From NCBI RefSeq assembly GCF_009914755.1, contig NC_060931.1: a stretch of DNA of 64,000 bases, one strand, 5' to 3'. This DNA comes from the human T2T-CHM13v2.0 reference genome, Homo sapiens. The stretch's first letter is position 1; each line of letters opens with the position of its first letter. The translations under genes were made by a program, and so were the position numbers. Shown piece by piece: positions 1 to 33,984 of this stretch. The notes under the pieces were generated by a model. The model ran no database searches. It worked only from the letters and a program-made list of their open reading frames with translations, and was not told the DNA's origin.

Positions 1-15
1 CCAAGTGCACTCTGA

Positions 16-360
<345 letters not shown>

Positions 361-659
361 TTTAGATGAGCATTTCAACTATGCCAGGCCCTCTGGCATG
401 GCTCCCAAGCCCTGAGGGAGATGGTTTGGCCTGGAGCCCTGAGGGAGATGGTTTGGCCTCTTCTCCTGGCCCTCCAGCCTCCACACACTCCTGCCCTAGC
501 TCTGCCTTCTCACCTGGAGTTGCCTCTTCCCACCCCTGGTTGTGCACCTGCCCCAGGCCTTCACCCATGGTCTCCTCAAACCCTTTCCCTCCCTCCCTCT
601 TTGGGTGCCTTCAGAGCCCAGTTTCAATGACACCTACTCCAGGACCCCTGATCTGCCTG

Positions 660-880
660 AAAACTTGGTGGCTAAAAGCAACATCACATTGATTTTGCTC
701 ACAAATCTGCAGTTTGGCAAGGCTCAGAGGGGATGGCTCAAGACTGAGGCTGGAGCCATCTGACATCTCACTCACTTGCCGGCTGGCTTTTGATGGCCTG
801 CTGCAAAGGGGCAGAGTCGCCTCCATTTCCACATATTCCTTAGCCACACACTAGGCTGCCCCAGACTGGAGGCCACAAAA
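660..880. mobile_element. Probable old MaLR (MLT1-type) LTR fragment
   Basis: ggctaaaagcaaca...ttttgctcacaaatctgcagtttgg resembles MLT1 consensus. Confidence 0.45.
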
Positions 881-1105
881 GGGCCTCTTTCTTTCCATGC
901 CTTCGGTTTCTTCCAGTGAGCATGCATGATTTCTATATTTTAAAAGGACAGAAAATAAAACATAATTCTAATTTCCTTTTACTTTCATGTCAGGTTTACA
1001 TCTCTAATTGTAATGTCTTCAAACCATGGTATCTGAACATCCCATATTTTGCCCACTCATCTTCCCAGGTACCATTTCTAATTATTTGATAAAAATAGTA
1101 GAGTG

Positions 1106-1452
1106 GGCTGGGCATGGTGGCTCACACCTGTAATCCCAGCACTTTGGGAGGCTGAGGTGGGTGGATCACCTGAGGTCAGGAGTTCGAGACCAGCCTGACC
1201 AATATGGTGAAACCCTGTCTCTACTAAAAATATAAAAACTAGCTGGGCCTGGTGGCATGTGCCCGAAGTCCCAGCTACTGGGGAGGCTGAGACAGGAGAA
1301 TTGCTTGAACCCGGGAAGTGGAGGTTATAGTGAGCCAAGATTTTGCCACTGTGCTTCCAGCCTGGGTGACAGTGAGACTCTGTTTCAAAAGTAAAATAAA
1401 ATAAAATAAAATAAAATAAAATAAAATAAAATAAAATAAAATAAAATAAAAA
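1106..1452 (+). mobile_element. AluS with (AAAAT)n tail microsatellite
   Basis: TSD AAAATAGTAGAGTG; about 12 AAAAT units. Confidence 0.95.
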
Positions 1453-2009
1453 TAGTAGAGTGAATTAATACTCCACATTTTGAAAGCTTATCGGTTTAAG
1501 GCTGAGTGAAAACATTTCTGCTTAGAAATGCTGCTTCTGGTGATCTCTGTGCTATTGAAGTGGGTTCTGGCCCACATTTCAGCCCAGACACGCGAGCGCC
1601 CATTTGGGGCTGTCCCAGGAAGTGTGCTCGTATGTGTGCGTAAGCATGCATAAGTGTGCGTAGCTTGTGTTGCCATAGTGATTTGGTTTGGGAGAAGTAA
1701 CAGAGAGCTCAGGCTTTTATGGACAGTTATGTGGTTTAGACAAGTAGTCTTTCTTTTTCCTGGAATCATAGAAAAGCAGCCTTGTGTGATGGTGAAGTCT
1801 GCATCTTCTCCAGTCCCCCAATTCTGCCCCCACAGGCTCAGCGCTGCCTGTGGCTGTCACAACCACATACTGTTCCAAATGGGAATCTGTACCAGTAAAT
1901 GGATTTGGGTAAATCTATAAGACTGGCTTGACTTTTTAAATATCAAACAATATAAACACCTCAATGATTAATATAATAGATCTTTTGAAAAATTATAAAA
2001 ATTATTTGC

Positions 2010-2196
2010 TGGCCAGGCGCGGTGGCTCACACCTGTAATCCTAGCACTTTGGGAGGCTGAGGTGGGTGGATCACAAGGTCAGGAGATAGAGACCATCCTG
2101 GCTAACACGGTGAAACCATGTCTCTACTAAAAACACAAAAAATTAGCCAGGTGTGGTTGCAGGCACCTGAGACTCCGTCTCAAAAAAAAAAAAAAA
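2010..2196 (+). mobile_element. Alu with most of the right arm deleted
   Basis: ggcacctg joins directly to agactccgtctc. Confidence 0.9.
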
Positions 2197-2516
2197 TTTG
2201 CTAATTACCTATATTCATATTAGGAATTTTAGTGCTTCTTTTACTTTGGCAATAGTTAATACATATAGTCTTAGAGACTTCATTGGAAAAATGTAATTCA
2301 CTCATGTAGTGGCTAAGCAATATCTGAATAAGAACAGTCCCTCCTGACGGGAGATCTCAGGGGCCCCCAGGGTCTCAGGACCTAAGTGTTGGGCGGTACG
2401 AAATTGGACAGAAAGAACCGGAGCCCCATCCCTACACATCTCTGAGCCTACGTTTCCTCAGTTGAGACGTGACGGTATGAACACCTACCTTGAAGGTTAG
2501 TTGTGATATGAAATAA

Positions 2517-3463
<947 letters not shown>

Positions 3464-3684
3464 TGAAGTCATTTCTAAGTATGGTGTTGGGTAAGTTCTA
3501 CCCTTAGGTTCAAATACTCAGACTGGGTCACATGAAGAAAGAGAACAACATGAGAGTTATTTATTTGGCCTCCCACTGAGTAAGGCATTCTGTTAGGTCA
3601 TTAGTGTTTATAAGCCAAGTGTGGCATTCTGGAAAGGTAAATAGGCATTTAGTAGGAGATAAGAAAAAAGTATCCCTGCTACCT

Positions 3685-4175
<491 letters not shown>

Positions 4176-4241
4176 CAGAGACAAGTTCACAAACATTCTG
4201 AGGGTTCAGAGGGACAGGCTACTTCCAAATGTCTGGATTTT

Positions 4242-5707
<1,466 letters not shown>

Positions 5708-6109
5708 GATGTCTGGGTTTTATTCTGATGGAGATGCCACTGGAGGTATTTCAGGCATTTGCACAGAAGTATCCCCCCACCATACCCCCTTTCAGAGCTG
5801 CACTTTAGAAAGATTGATCTAACAGGAATATGCAAAGTTAAGTAGAAAACAGAGAAACCAGAAGCAGTTAAGAAAGTGTCCTAAGAATTCACGGAGTGGA
5901 AAATCACCTAGATGTCTTTTATGGGAGGCGTATCCTGGGGAGCATCTGGAGAATCTAGGAGGAGCACCCTTGAGGACCACTCAGGAAGCACTCAAGAGGA
6001 ACATCTACAGCTGGCTGGAAATCGCAGGGAGCATCTTTTTGCAGACTCAGTATGTGATTTGAGCAGGAGTGCTGTAGGAGAAATTGAAGGAGAAACCTCT
6101 CTAGCATCA

Positions 6110-7129
<1,020 letters not shown>

Positions 7130-7177
7130 GGAGTTATGTGAACTTTCATGGTAGGACATCATTAAATAAAGAACTCC

Positions 7178-8005
<828 letters not shown>

Positions 8006-8691
8006 CTAGGAAGAGCACCTGGGGGAGCACCTACTGGGAGCACCTGAAGGAGCAACTCAAGGGCCACTGGCAGGAACCTCCGGGAAGCGCAGAAGGCATG
8101 TGTGGGGAGAGATTGGTGGGGGTTGGGTGTTCTTACCTACTGAATGGGCAGGCTAGATCAAGAGGTGACAACCTGGAAGAGAAATGGGGCTAGAGACAGG
8201 CTGGCTGTAAACCAGTGGTGGTCGAGGAGATAGCATCAGTGAGGGAGGTGCCCCAGTGGGAGAGCCGCCCTGAAAAGGGAGGAGGGTGTCTCTCCACTGT
8301 TGAGCCAGAGCCACAAAGAGGGTTGACTCTGCCATAGAGCGGCCTTTCTTCCCAGCTATTATGTCGGCTCTGCAGGGACCCTCACACTTGATGAGTCAAG
8401 GGGCTTGTGCCTTACTGAGCAGCCAGAGGGATCCCTCTCTGAGACCCTCAGACCTGCTCCTTGCCTGACCAGTGCCAGCCCTCCTCCCCTTCCTCACCAG
8501 GGGATGGCTGAAGCATGGAAAAGTGGCCGGCAGCAGATGGTTGGGGGTGGTGGTGGGGGGCATGGGGACTCAACGCCCTGGGTTGCTGAGTCCTGTGAGA
8601 CCTGTGGCCCCGGGACACCCCACCCCAGGCCTGGGCTCTCAGCAAGAATGCCATGTGGAGCCTGTCAACTAGCCCGTCAACTAGCACTCTC

Positions 8692-8707
8692 GCGCCCCCT
8701 GGTGGCC
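8692..8707 (-). promoter_or_regulatory. CTCF core motif GGCCACCAGGGGGCGC
   Basis: Near-exact consensus match in non-repetitive sequence with retained CpGs. Confidence 0.75.
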
Positions 8708-8929
8708 GTCCCTGATGAGGTGGGTATAGGACATGGTCCCAGTGAGAACTTGTGGCAATCCACAGTTCATGCCTACGTTCATTCATTCATTCATTCTTGA
8801 AATATTTGGGGAGTACCTGCAGGCCTCCGAAGCTCTATGCTGTCCACTCTGGCACCCACACGTGCTCTGAGCACTTGAAGTGCAGCGAGTCCACTGGAGA
8901 AGTACAGTAAGTGTAAAGAGTACACTGGC

Positions 8930-9665
8930 CGTCAAAGACATAGTGCACACAATGTAAAATGTAGTATCGATCATTTTCATATTGATGATACATTGAAATT
9001 ATAATGTTTTAGATCAACCATTTTAAATAAAATATGATTACAATCAATTTCACCTGTTTCTTTTTTACCGAGACCAGCTGGGTCGGGGAGACCCTAACCT
9101 AGTGGTGCTAGAGGAATTAAAGACACACACACAGAAATATAGAGGTGTAAAGTGGGAAATCAGGGGTCTCACAGCCTTCAGAGCTGAGAGCCCCGAACAG
9201 AGATTTACCCACATATTTATTAACAGCAAACCAGTCATTAGCATTGTTTCTATAGATATTAAATTAACTAAAAGTATCCCTTATGGGAAACGAAGGGATG
9301 GGCCAAATTAAAGGAATAGGTTGGGCTAGTTAACTGCAACAGCAGCATGTCCTTAAGGCACAGATCGCTCATGCTATTGTTTGTGGCTTAAGAATGCCTT
9401 TAAGCAGTTTTCCGCCCTGGGCGGGCCAGGTGTTCCTTGCCCTTATTCCCGTAAACCCACAACCTTCCAGCATGGGCATTAGGGCCATTATGAACATGTT
9501 ACAGTGCTGCAGAGATTTTGTTTATGGCCAGTTTTGGGGCCAGTTTATGGCCAGATTTTGGGGGGCCTGCTTTCAACACTTTTTACTTTTATTATAATGT
9601 GGCTCCTAGAAAGCTTAACCTTCTTTATGTGGGTCGATTTCTATTTCTATTGGATAGTGCTATTC
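8930..9665. mobile_element. hAT-Charlie MER3/MER33-like DNA transposon split by the MER9 LTR
   Basis: aatttcacctgtttctttttactttt...atgtggct...ctattggatagtgct is continuous across the LTR. Confidence 0.65.
9066..9578 (-). mobile_element. Solo MER9 LTR (HERV-K9/HML-3), 513 bp
   Basis: Minus strand begins TGTTGAAAGCAGGCCCCCCAAAATCTGGCCATAAAC; 6-bp TSD CTTTTT at 9060-9065 and 9579-9584. Confidence 0.9.
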
Positions 9666-9774
9666 TAGACCATCAGTTCCCAGACTTTGGGATTTCAAGA
9701 ACAAGTAAAAGTCCTCCATATTTTTACTACCAACTTGCTACTTTCTTAAATAATGGTGTCTATTTGTCTATTTC

Positions 9775-10139
<365 letters not shown>

Positions 10140-10625
10140 TAATTGCAGAAATTAATGATGTTTTAAAAAGTAATAGTCTCATCAGGAAAGGATGAAAGGG
10201 ATGGTCATCTTAATACCAGAAATGCAGGAAGCCATGGTTAGAATGTAGAGTTAAACAAAAAAACTCATCTATTGCCCTTTGATTATTTTTCCACAAATCA
10301 TTGAGTGTTTGAGGAGACCCAAGTGTGAGTTCTCTAAGGAGCCTCTTGGGAGGGCATCCACATCTGTGGCTTCTCCCTTCCTGGCCTGCGATCATCTACA
10401 GGATAGCCCAGTGTTGACACAGGCCGTGTGCTGCTGCCTGCCAGGTACCAAGCTGAGAACTGTGGACACGGGAAAGGGGTTGAGGGATGCCGTATTGTCT
10501 AGGACTGGAGCTGGCACCTTGCTGGTCCCTTTATACACTGGTTATCTTAATTTTCACACACAAATGTTGTTATTCATGTGGTCTGGTGGAGGGAACTTAA
10601 GTGTATGGTCTTATAAACTGTAAAA

Positions 10626-12070
<1,445 letters not shown>

Positions 12071-12699
12071 TGATGTTTGTACCTAAATGATGTGTTTTCC
12101 AAATTTTATCATTAATATCACGATGAATACCTTTAAACATGTCTTTCCAGAATACTTCTAGAGAATGACTACAAAGTAAATTGCTAAAGAGTAGCTGATG
12201 AATCAGGCTATGGGAATTCTTGATTTTTATAGATGTTGTTCGTTACCTTCAGAAAAAGACTAAATCAATTTATACTCACACCAGCCATGCCTCAGAGAGT
12301 CTGCTTTCCCACACACCTGCCAATACAGAAGGTATATGTGTTTAAAATATACTTTGAAAACAAGTAATATTCCTTCACAGTTTCACCTGGATCCTCATTT
12401 ACTTATGTCGCCTGTTCTCAATCATCTTTAGTGTATTAGTTAGGAAAATGCCACCTGCTATGACTGACTCTAGAAGGAATACTACCTCATCAGAACAGGA
12501 GTCCTTTTTTGCTCCTACAAAGAAAAGGTAAGGTTTCTGATGATTAGCACTGGCAAGATTTGCTCCAAGTGATCATTCAAGAACCTAGATGGAAATATAT
12601 CACTGATTTCTGTTTCTCCATCTATAAAATGAGAGTAAGGATACCATGCCCTACCTTGTAGGGATAGAGTGATTGTCAGCTAAGGTCACACATTTGAAT

Positions 12700-13270
12700 G
12701 TCTTAGTAACAGAGTGCAGACTCACCCATTCCCAGCTTCTAGGGTGGTAGGAAAGGGCCCATTCTCCATAAGTGGAAGATCTATTTCAGAGCGAGAAAGA
12801 AAAAGGTGCTGAAGCAGTGTCAGAGCACGGCAAACTATCCTTCCTCCTCTTGTTACCAAGCGGTCAATGGGCTTGCAGTCCCATGTGCATACAAGCCAAT
12901 ATCAAGGCCTTGGCTTTTGAGAAAAGGAGTTGGAGGCTAGGTAGGGTTTTATTAGCGTAAAGTAATGAAGTGTGATCTGACTGGATCTTGCAGTGAGGTG
13001 ATGCCAGAAGGCATGGTCTGACTGGATCCTGCCATGGAGTGATACCACAACTCCATCTGATTGGATCCTGAATCCTGCCACGTGGTGTCTGCCCTTAATT
13101 CAGTCCCACTCCTTGGTCTGAGTGTTTAGGTTGCCCCTGTGGTCGTACACTTGACTCATCTAGGTGTGCTCAGTTTACATGACCTTCAACCTGGGGGTCC
13201 ATGGCAGCTAAAAAACAACTCACAACTTTGTTGCATAAAAGTCGAACCAGATTGGCCTGATTCAGTTATA
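12700..13270. mobile_element. Probable ERV LTR fragment, family not identified
   Basis: Internal triplication of tctgactggatcctg-like motifs (12976-13075) and LTR-like composition. Confidence 0.4.
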
Positions 13271-13290
13271 TTCTCTCCATGGCAAGATAG

Positions 13291-13769
<479 letters not shown>

Positions 13770-14076
13770 TAAACCTAATATTAAAAAAGAAAAAGAAAAA
13801 TGGGCTGGGGAGATTGAGACAGGCTGGACTGGTGTTTGGGTCACGGGCTGGGAAAACGCAGAAAAACCAGCTTTCCCATGAAGGGCATCAAACCAGATAG
13901 ACCACGGAGGGCCAAGTGCTCCTCCTTTCTCATAATATTTGAAGCTTCTCTACAGTGTAAGAGTTTCCCAGAGAGCAGAGAGAGGCTTGACACAGAGGGT
14001 AGCTTTTTGAAGATACCATGAGGAAAAGACACTGAGAAACTAAAGGAACAACAATAATAAAATAGTCACTGTATGC

Positions 14077-14372
14077 GGCCGGGCGCGGTGGCTCACGCCT
14101 GTAATCCCGGCACTTTGGGAGGCCGAGGCGGGCGGATCACGAGGTCAGGAGATCGAGACCATCCTGGCTAACACAGTGAAACCCCGTCTCTACTAAAAAT
14201 ACAAAAAATTAGCCGGGCGAGGTGGCGGGCGCCTGTAGTCCCAGCTACTTGGGAAGCTGAGGCAGGAGAATGGTGTGAACCCTGGGTGGTGGAGCCTGCA
14301 GTGAGCCGAGATCGTGCCACTACACTCCAGCCTGGGCGACAGCGAGACTCCGTCTCAAAAAAAAAAAAAAAA
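14077..14372 (+). mobile_element. AluY
   Basis: CpG-rich with AluY diagnostic bases; TSD ending GTCACTGTATGC. Confidence 0.93.
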
Positions 14373-15065
14373 TTGTCACTGTATGCATAATAGTAAAAGA
14401 CACATGGCTGATCCTTGTCTATGGATGTCACACCAACCTTAGAGTTGCCCCTAAGAGTAAGTGAGCAAGTGCTAGCCCCACTGTGCAAAAGACAGCAGAG
14501 ACTTGGACAGGGGGATCCCCAGCAGAAGGAGCAGACTCTGGCTGGGGCTGTGGAACCCCAACATTGCCCCTACTCTCTGCAGCACACAGTCTACTCTCCT
14601 TAGAGACAGAGACATGAGCTAGGCAAGACTGCCTTTCCATACAGAGACCCCCAGGCTCAATCAAGTAGTTCTTAGCAAGGATATCATGTGAGCACAAAAT
14701 AATTTTTTCTTCTTGCAACATACAATGTGTTCCAGAGTAGAAACTTCAGAAGATAGAGGTGAGGAAAAAGAAATAAACACAAATGACATCACCCAAAACG
14801 ACAGCCACTATTTGCAGTTGAAAGCATTTCTACCCTGTTCTTTACCCTCTCATACACATACCTGCATTTACATTTTCAAGACTGTTACTAAGCTATAATT
14901 TAAAAATAATTACTTATTTCATTTTGCTTGAGTGAACATAGTTCTGTCATTAAATATTATTTCAACAATCTTAATGATAGCATATGTTCCTTTGTATGAT
15001 CAGCCATAATTTATTAAATTCATTTTTAAACATTTTGAAATTTTCCAAGGTCTTACATTTAAATA

Positions 15066-15491
15066 CAGATGCTCCTCGACTTACAATGGGGGTTATGCCC
15101 CAAGAAATCCATCCTAAATTGAAAATATCATTAAATTGAAAATGCAGCCCAGTAAGGCATGATGGTCTGCGCTGTAGTCCCAGCTACTCGGGAGGCTGAC
15201 CGGGATGATCGCTTGAGCCTAGGAGTTTGAGGCTGCAGTGAGCTATGATCACGCCACTGCATTCCAGCCTGGAATGATTATGGGTGACAGAGTGAGACCC
15301 CCATCTCTTAAATTAAAAAAGAAGAAGAAGAAGGAGAAGGAGAAGAAGGAGAAGAAGAAGAAGAAAGAAAAGTAGCCCAGAGAGTCTTTGGTCAGAGAAT
15401 CACTAGTGCTTAAAATCTGAAACCTTGTGGTTGTACCATTGTAAATTTGAAAAATCATTAAGTCAAACCATCAGAAGTCAGGGACCATCTG
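15066..15491. mobile_element. Tigger-family DNA transposon (MER47-like) containing an Alu monomer and (GAA)n
   Basis: TIRs cagatgctcctcgactt / aagtcagggaccatctg flanked by TA. Confidence 0.7.
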
Positions 15492-15508
15492 TACGATAGT
15501 GTCTTGAT

Positions 15509-15869
15509 GTCTTGGTCTACTTGGTCTGCTATAACAAAAGACCATAAACTGGGTGGCATACAAACAATAGAAATTGATCTCTCACAGTTCTGGAGGCTGG
15601 AAGATCATAATCAAAGCACTGGCAGATTTGGTGTCTGGCAAGAGCTTGCTCTTTGCTTCATAGATGGCATCTGGCTGTGTCCTCACATGGTGGAAGGGAT
15701 GAGGAGTCTCACTGGGGTCTCTCATATAAGGGCACTAATCCGATGTATGAAGGCTCCACCCTCATGACCTAATCACTTCCCAAAGGCCACACCTCCTAAT
15801 ACTATCACACTAGGGGCGAAGATTTCAATATACAAAGTTTAGGAGAACATGAACATTCAGACCACAGCA
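15509..15869 (-). mobile_element. MaLR LTR (MLT1A/MST-type)
   Basis: tgtcttggtc...cacagttctggaggctggaag...cattcagaccacagca. Confidence 0.8.
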
Positions 15870-15917
15870 CTTGATATTTCTGCTAGGTCAATATTGCTAT
15901 AAATATGTTGTTATTAC

Positions 15918-15921
15918 CTTC

Positions 15922-15976
<55 letters not shown>

Positions 15977-16061
15977 TTTCTTTCTTTCTTTCTTCTTTCT
16001 TCTTTCTTCCTTCCTTCCTTCCTTTCTTCTTTCTTCCTTTCCTTCCTTTCCTTCCTTCCTT
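15918..16061 (+). repeat. (TTTC)n/(TTCC)n polypyrimidine tract (tail of the minus-strand Alu at 16062-16349)
   Basis: Direct reading. Confidence 0.95.
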
Positions 16062-16349
16062 CGAGACAAGGTCTCACTTTGTCACCCAGGCTGGAGTGCA
16101 GTGGTAGGATCATAGGTCACTGAAGCCTTGACCTCCTGGGCCCAAGTAATCCTTCCGCCTCAGCCTCCCAAGTGGCTGGGACTGAAGGTGCGTGCCGTCA
16201 CGCCTGGCTAATTTTTTAAATTATATTTTTGTAGAGATGGGGTCTTGTTATGTTGCTCAGGCTGGTCTTGAACTCCTGGCCTCAAGAGATCCTGTTACCT
16301 CGTCATCCCAAAGTGCTGGGATTACAGGCGTGAGCCACTGCACTTGGCT

Positions 16350-21016
<4,667 letters not shown>

Positions 21017-22833
21017 TGAACATTTTCATAATAAAATGCTGGAGGAAATCATCACTGAGGAGGATGTTTTTTGAGTTGCACCTCCCTGGGGTGGGTGCCA
21101 TGGGCACAGGGTCTGCTGGGGAAGGTCAGCACTCAGGGAGAAGGGGAGGGAGAAATGAGGAGGTGATGGAGGAGAGATAAGGTTGAAGGACACCCTGGGA
21201 GGCACTGGCTAAAGAGAATGCTTTGAAGCTGCCCAGCAGACACTCCCTTGTTCCCAATCAGAGCCCAAAGGAAAAAACACATTCCACGTTTAAAACTACC
21301 CCTGGGATTGGCCACCTCCCTCCAGGACCTACTGGGAGCCACCACTGCAGCCAACCAGAGCCAAGAAGGAGTCATCCTCCTCTCTATAATGACAGGCAAG
21401 GGGCATGAGACAGGCTGACCATGGAAGAAGCCTAGTGGTTAGGAAATGGGCATTCTCTGAGGGCAAGGGAGCAGGGAGCCACCAGGAAAACCACTCCTAA
21501 AATTGGGGTACCTGTTAGGAGAGAAAATGACATATCTTTCCCTGGGAGGGGGTCTTAATGTGAGATGAAAGGGTCTGGGGCATGGAGGGGGCTGAGGAGA
21601 GTGGACAGGGATGTTGAATGGCAGGGACACTCCATGGAGACCCCTGTCCCCAAGGAGCTAGGAAGATGGACCCACCAGTGCTCACCCACCCCGGGCTGGT
21701 GCTGAGGATGGTTGATGCTTGGGTCTGTGTGCCTTCACGGGAGATGCTCCAGTAAGTGGGGATCCCACTACCGCTGTGGGGGTATCCTTGGCGCAGGTCC
21801 TTTGGTTGCAGCAACATTGCAGCCTCCACTGTCCCCTCTGAGTCTGCAGGTGGTGAGCTAAACTGGGTGATGGCAGTGGCCTGATTGAGCAAGAAAGCCT
21901 GCCATCAACTCCCTAAGGGGCAGGGAAGGAAGGAAGCAAAGAGGATACTGACCACAGACCCCTCCCACAGAGTTCTGGCAGGGCACAGAGAGAGGGAAAC
22001 ATAAGATCCACATTTGAACTCAGCCAATTCGCCAAGAAATTCATGACACCAAGAAGGCTGCTGTCCATGACAGTGAACTATCTCTGATGGAGGTGATCAC
22101 AGGTACATGCAAATAGATATCTCTCTGTCTACACCTGGGCCTAGTGTCAAGCCAGTAACTGTTACATGAAATAGTTGTTAATTGTGTTATGCTTTTATTG
22201 ATAAGATGACAATTATCAATGACTGTGATCTCAAACGTGATGTGTGTAGAAACAGGGGCGTGAGTTAAGGAATGGCGATAACTGCTTTTACTCCCATGAT
22301 ATCGTTCTCCCAAGGTGAGTCTTTAGAATGGATGCTTTTGTTGGATTGGCTTCTTCCCTGTTTATTTGGGGGGAACCGTTTTAGAAAAGAGGTTATACTT
22401 TCTTGTAAGTCCTGGGGCTGGCATCTGTGCTTCGTAGCCCTCTTTGAAGCTTTAGGAATTCTCAGGTTTGACACTGGCACAGCAGCCCTTGTAGAGAGAC
22501 GGCCCAGGACCGCTCGTCCCCTGTTCTTGGGTCTGGCAGCCTGTGACTGACCTGGTGTCCCTCATGCAACCTCACAGAACAGAGTCAGGGTCACAGCACT
22601 GTCATGGCTGCACCATGACCTGGCAGTCATTCTGAGAATTGTGGGTGACCACAGGAACATGCAGCAGCCTTTTATTTCAAATAAGCTCCAATAAGCTCAT
22701 TGCTTGGAAAGAGTAAACTGTGGGGTCTGCAGCTTACAGGAGACATTCTGGGCTCCTTCACTCACTGTCAGAGAGCAGGCTATCTGGGAGCATCGAGTTT
22801 GATTGCTTTTTGTAGTCTAATTTTTTTTTTTGA

Positions 22834-22938
<105 letters not shown>

Positions 22939-25029
22939 TGAGTAGCTGGGATTACAGGCGTAAGACACTGTGCCTGGCCCTAATGTTTTATTATATTTTA
23001 GTATTCAGTGATTTTACTGAAATCTATCATAGTTTAAAAGTTTTGTGAGCGTCATCTCTTAACAGACAACTGTCTTGCAAATAGAAAAATAAATAAATGT
23101 AAAAAAAAATTACTGAATTGATTCTTTGAATAGCCAAGGAAACTTTGTGGTTGTGTTATAAAATTACATGTGACAAAATAAGTTGAAATTCTGAAGGCTG
23201 TTTTCTCTGGGCTGGTGCTTGGCAGTCTCCCCAGCACATTCATGAATGCCATGTCAATACTCCAGGCTGTCTCCATATTTTAGAAATTCCAAAATCGATT
23301 TGAGATTTGTAACTACATTCTATAAGAAGGCTCCTGTGAGAGTAGAGTCAAAGAAAAGACTTTCTAGAAGCTTGAGAATAATGCCCTTCTCCCAGCCCTC
23401 CCCTGCACACCTGTCCCATGAAGTCAGGAGGGTGAGACTTACAGGCATTGATCATCTGGAGACTTCTGAAGGCAGGAGCAGGGTAAGAATCGAGGCAGAG
23501 TGCAAAGAGAATGGGAAGTACTGTTCCCTAGAGACAAGGACTTACTCCGATTTGAGTCTTGCATTTCTCACTGGGCACAGGAGAGGCCCTGGTGTTTCTC
23601 TGGCCTAAAATGATGGAGCATAGGGTGTAGCCAGTGGAGCAGAGGACCTGCTGCCCCATGGAGGGCCTCCAGGCTGAGCAAAGGGCTCCCCAAACAGAAA
23701 AGAGGTGGAGGCACACACGTCTCAAGGGGCCCATGGGCCGTGGCTGCTCTATTCTGGAGAAGGGGGTCCTCCACATGAGAGAGGTCAGCCCCCCAAATAA
23801 AACTGTGCATGGTCACATAGCAAGCCCCCTGCCAGCTGAGACTGCTGCATCTCCCACCCTCTAACAGCGTCAGTGACAGATGGGGCACAACTGGGCAGGA
23901 ACCAGAATCATCCCCTCTTCAGCCACAACATTGCTGGGCCCCAGGTGGATGAGAGACCCTGAGGGGGTAAGACATTGGAAAAAAGATAGAGGGGATGAGA
24001 TGGCATATCACCCCTCACAGACACATGCACATTAACTCTTCTCCAAGACACAAGTCTGAGCTGAACGGCAGTGGGAGCAGAAGTGGGGACCTCTGAATAA
24101 GTATAAAAGTGGATTTTCTTAATTGTCTGGATTAGTGAAAATGACCAAAAAGCAATGGCCATGACTTATAGATATGTGTGTTCCCATTACCTAATGATAC
24201 CATCTGCTATAAATTTCTTAGCAGGTATTGTACCAATAAAAGCATTATTAGAAGCCATTAGAACAATGACTAAAATAATTATGGTATCAATCCTAGGACT
24301 GAGTGAGTTGGGCAGCCTACCAGGGTCTTATCTACACTGTAAAAACAAAACCTCTTACCCTGCTCTGAGTTACTAAAATGGAAACTGGAGACTTCTTTCT
24401 CCACTCCTGAATCTGAGCCACGTCACAAAGTGGGACCCATTGAAGAAAGGTGACCCTGGGGCATGTCCACAGAAATGGGCTGTGACTCTCTCTCCTAGGT
24501 GTTTCCAGAGGTGCTTGCAAGACAGCTGTGCTCTGGGGAAAGGGGAATGAGCAAAGACCCAGAGAAACCTCTGTGGACCACAAATCAGAGAGGAGCAGGT
24601 GGAGGTTGAGGAAGGTGGTGCTGTAGTGGGCCCAGTGTTCTGCAAACCCACCTTCGGTAATTTCCCAAATTGTTCATAGATGTCAGGAATAGACATACTT
24701 AGTTACTTGCCAGAAACTCTGCATTAGGGGCCGATGAGCTAGAGCTCTTCAGCTAAACTGGTTATATGTATGTAACATCTGTATCTATGTTGCTATATAT
24801 GTCTATATGATCATATATACATGTTGCACGTATATATTTGTGCATGTACATTCATGTGACAAAAGAAATAGAAAGATCAATTTGACCTTTTGAAGACACA
24901 AAATTTAAAAATACAATGCATTTGTTGGAAAGAATCTAGTATATAAGAAATGTGTAATGTTCAGGGGAATTAATCAACACAAGCTGTGGTTTGTGTCACG
25001 TTTTAAACTTAATGATATCTGTAGACCCA

Positions 25030-33975
<8,946 letters not shown>

Positions 33976-33984
33976 CAAACACAA

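Noticed and set aside
410-460. 23-bp direct repeat CCCTGAGGGAGATGGTTTGGCCT x2
   Set aside because: Isolated micro-duplication with no further structure.
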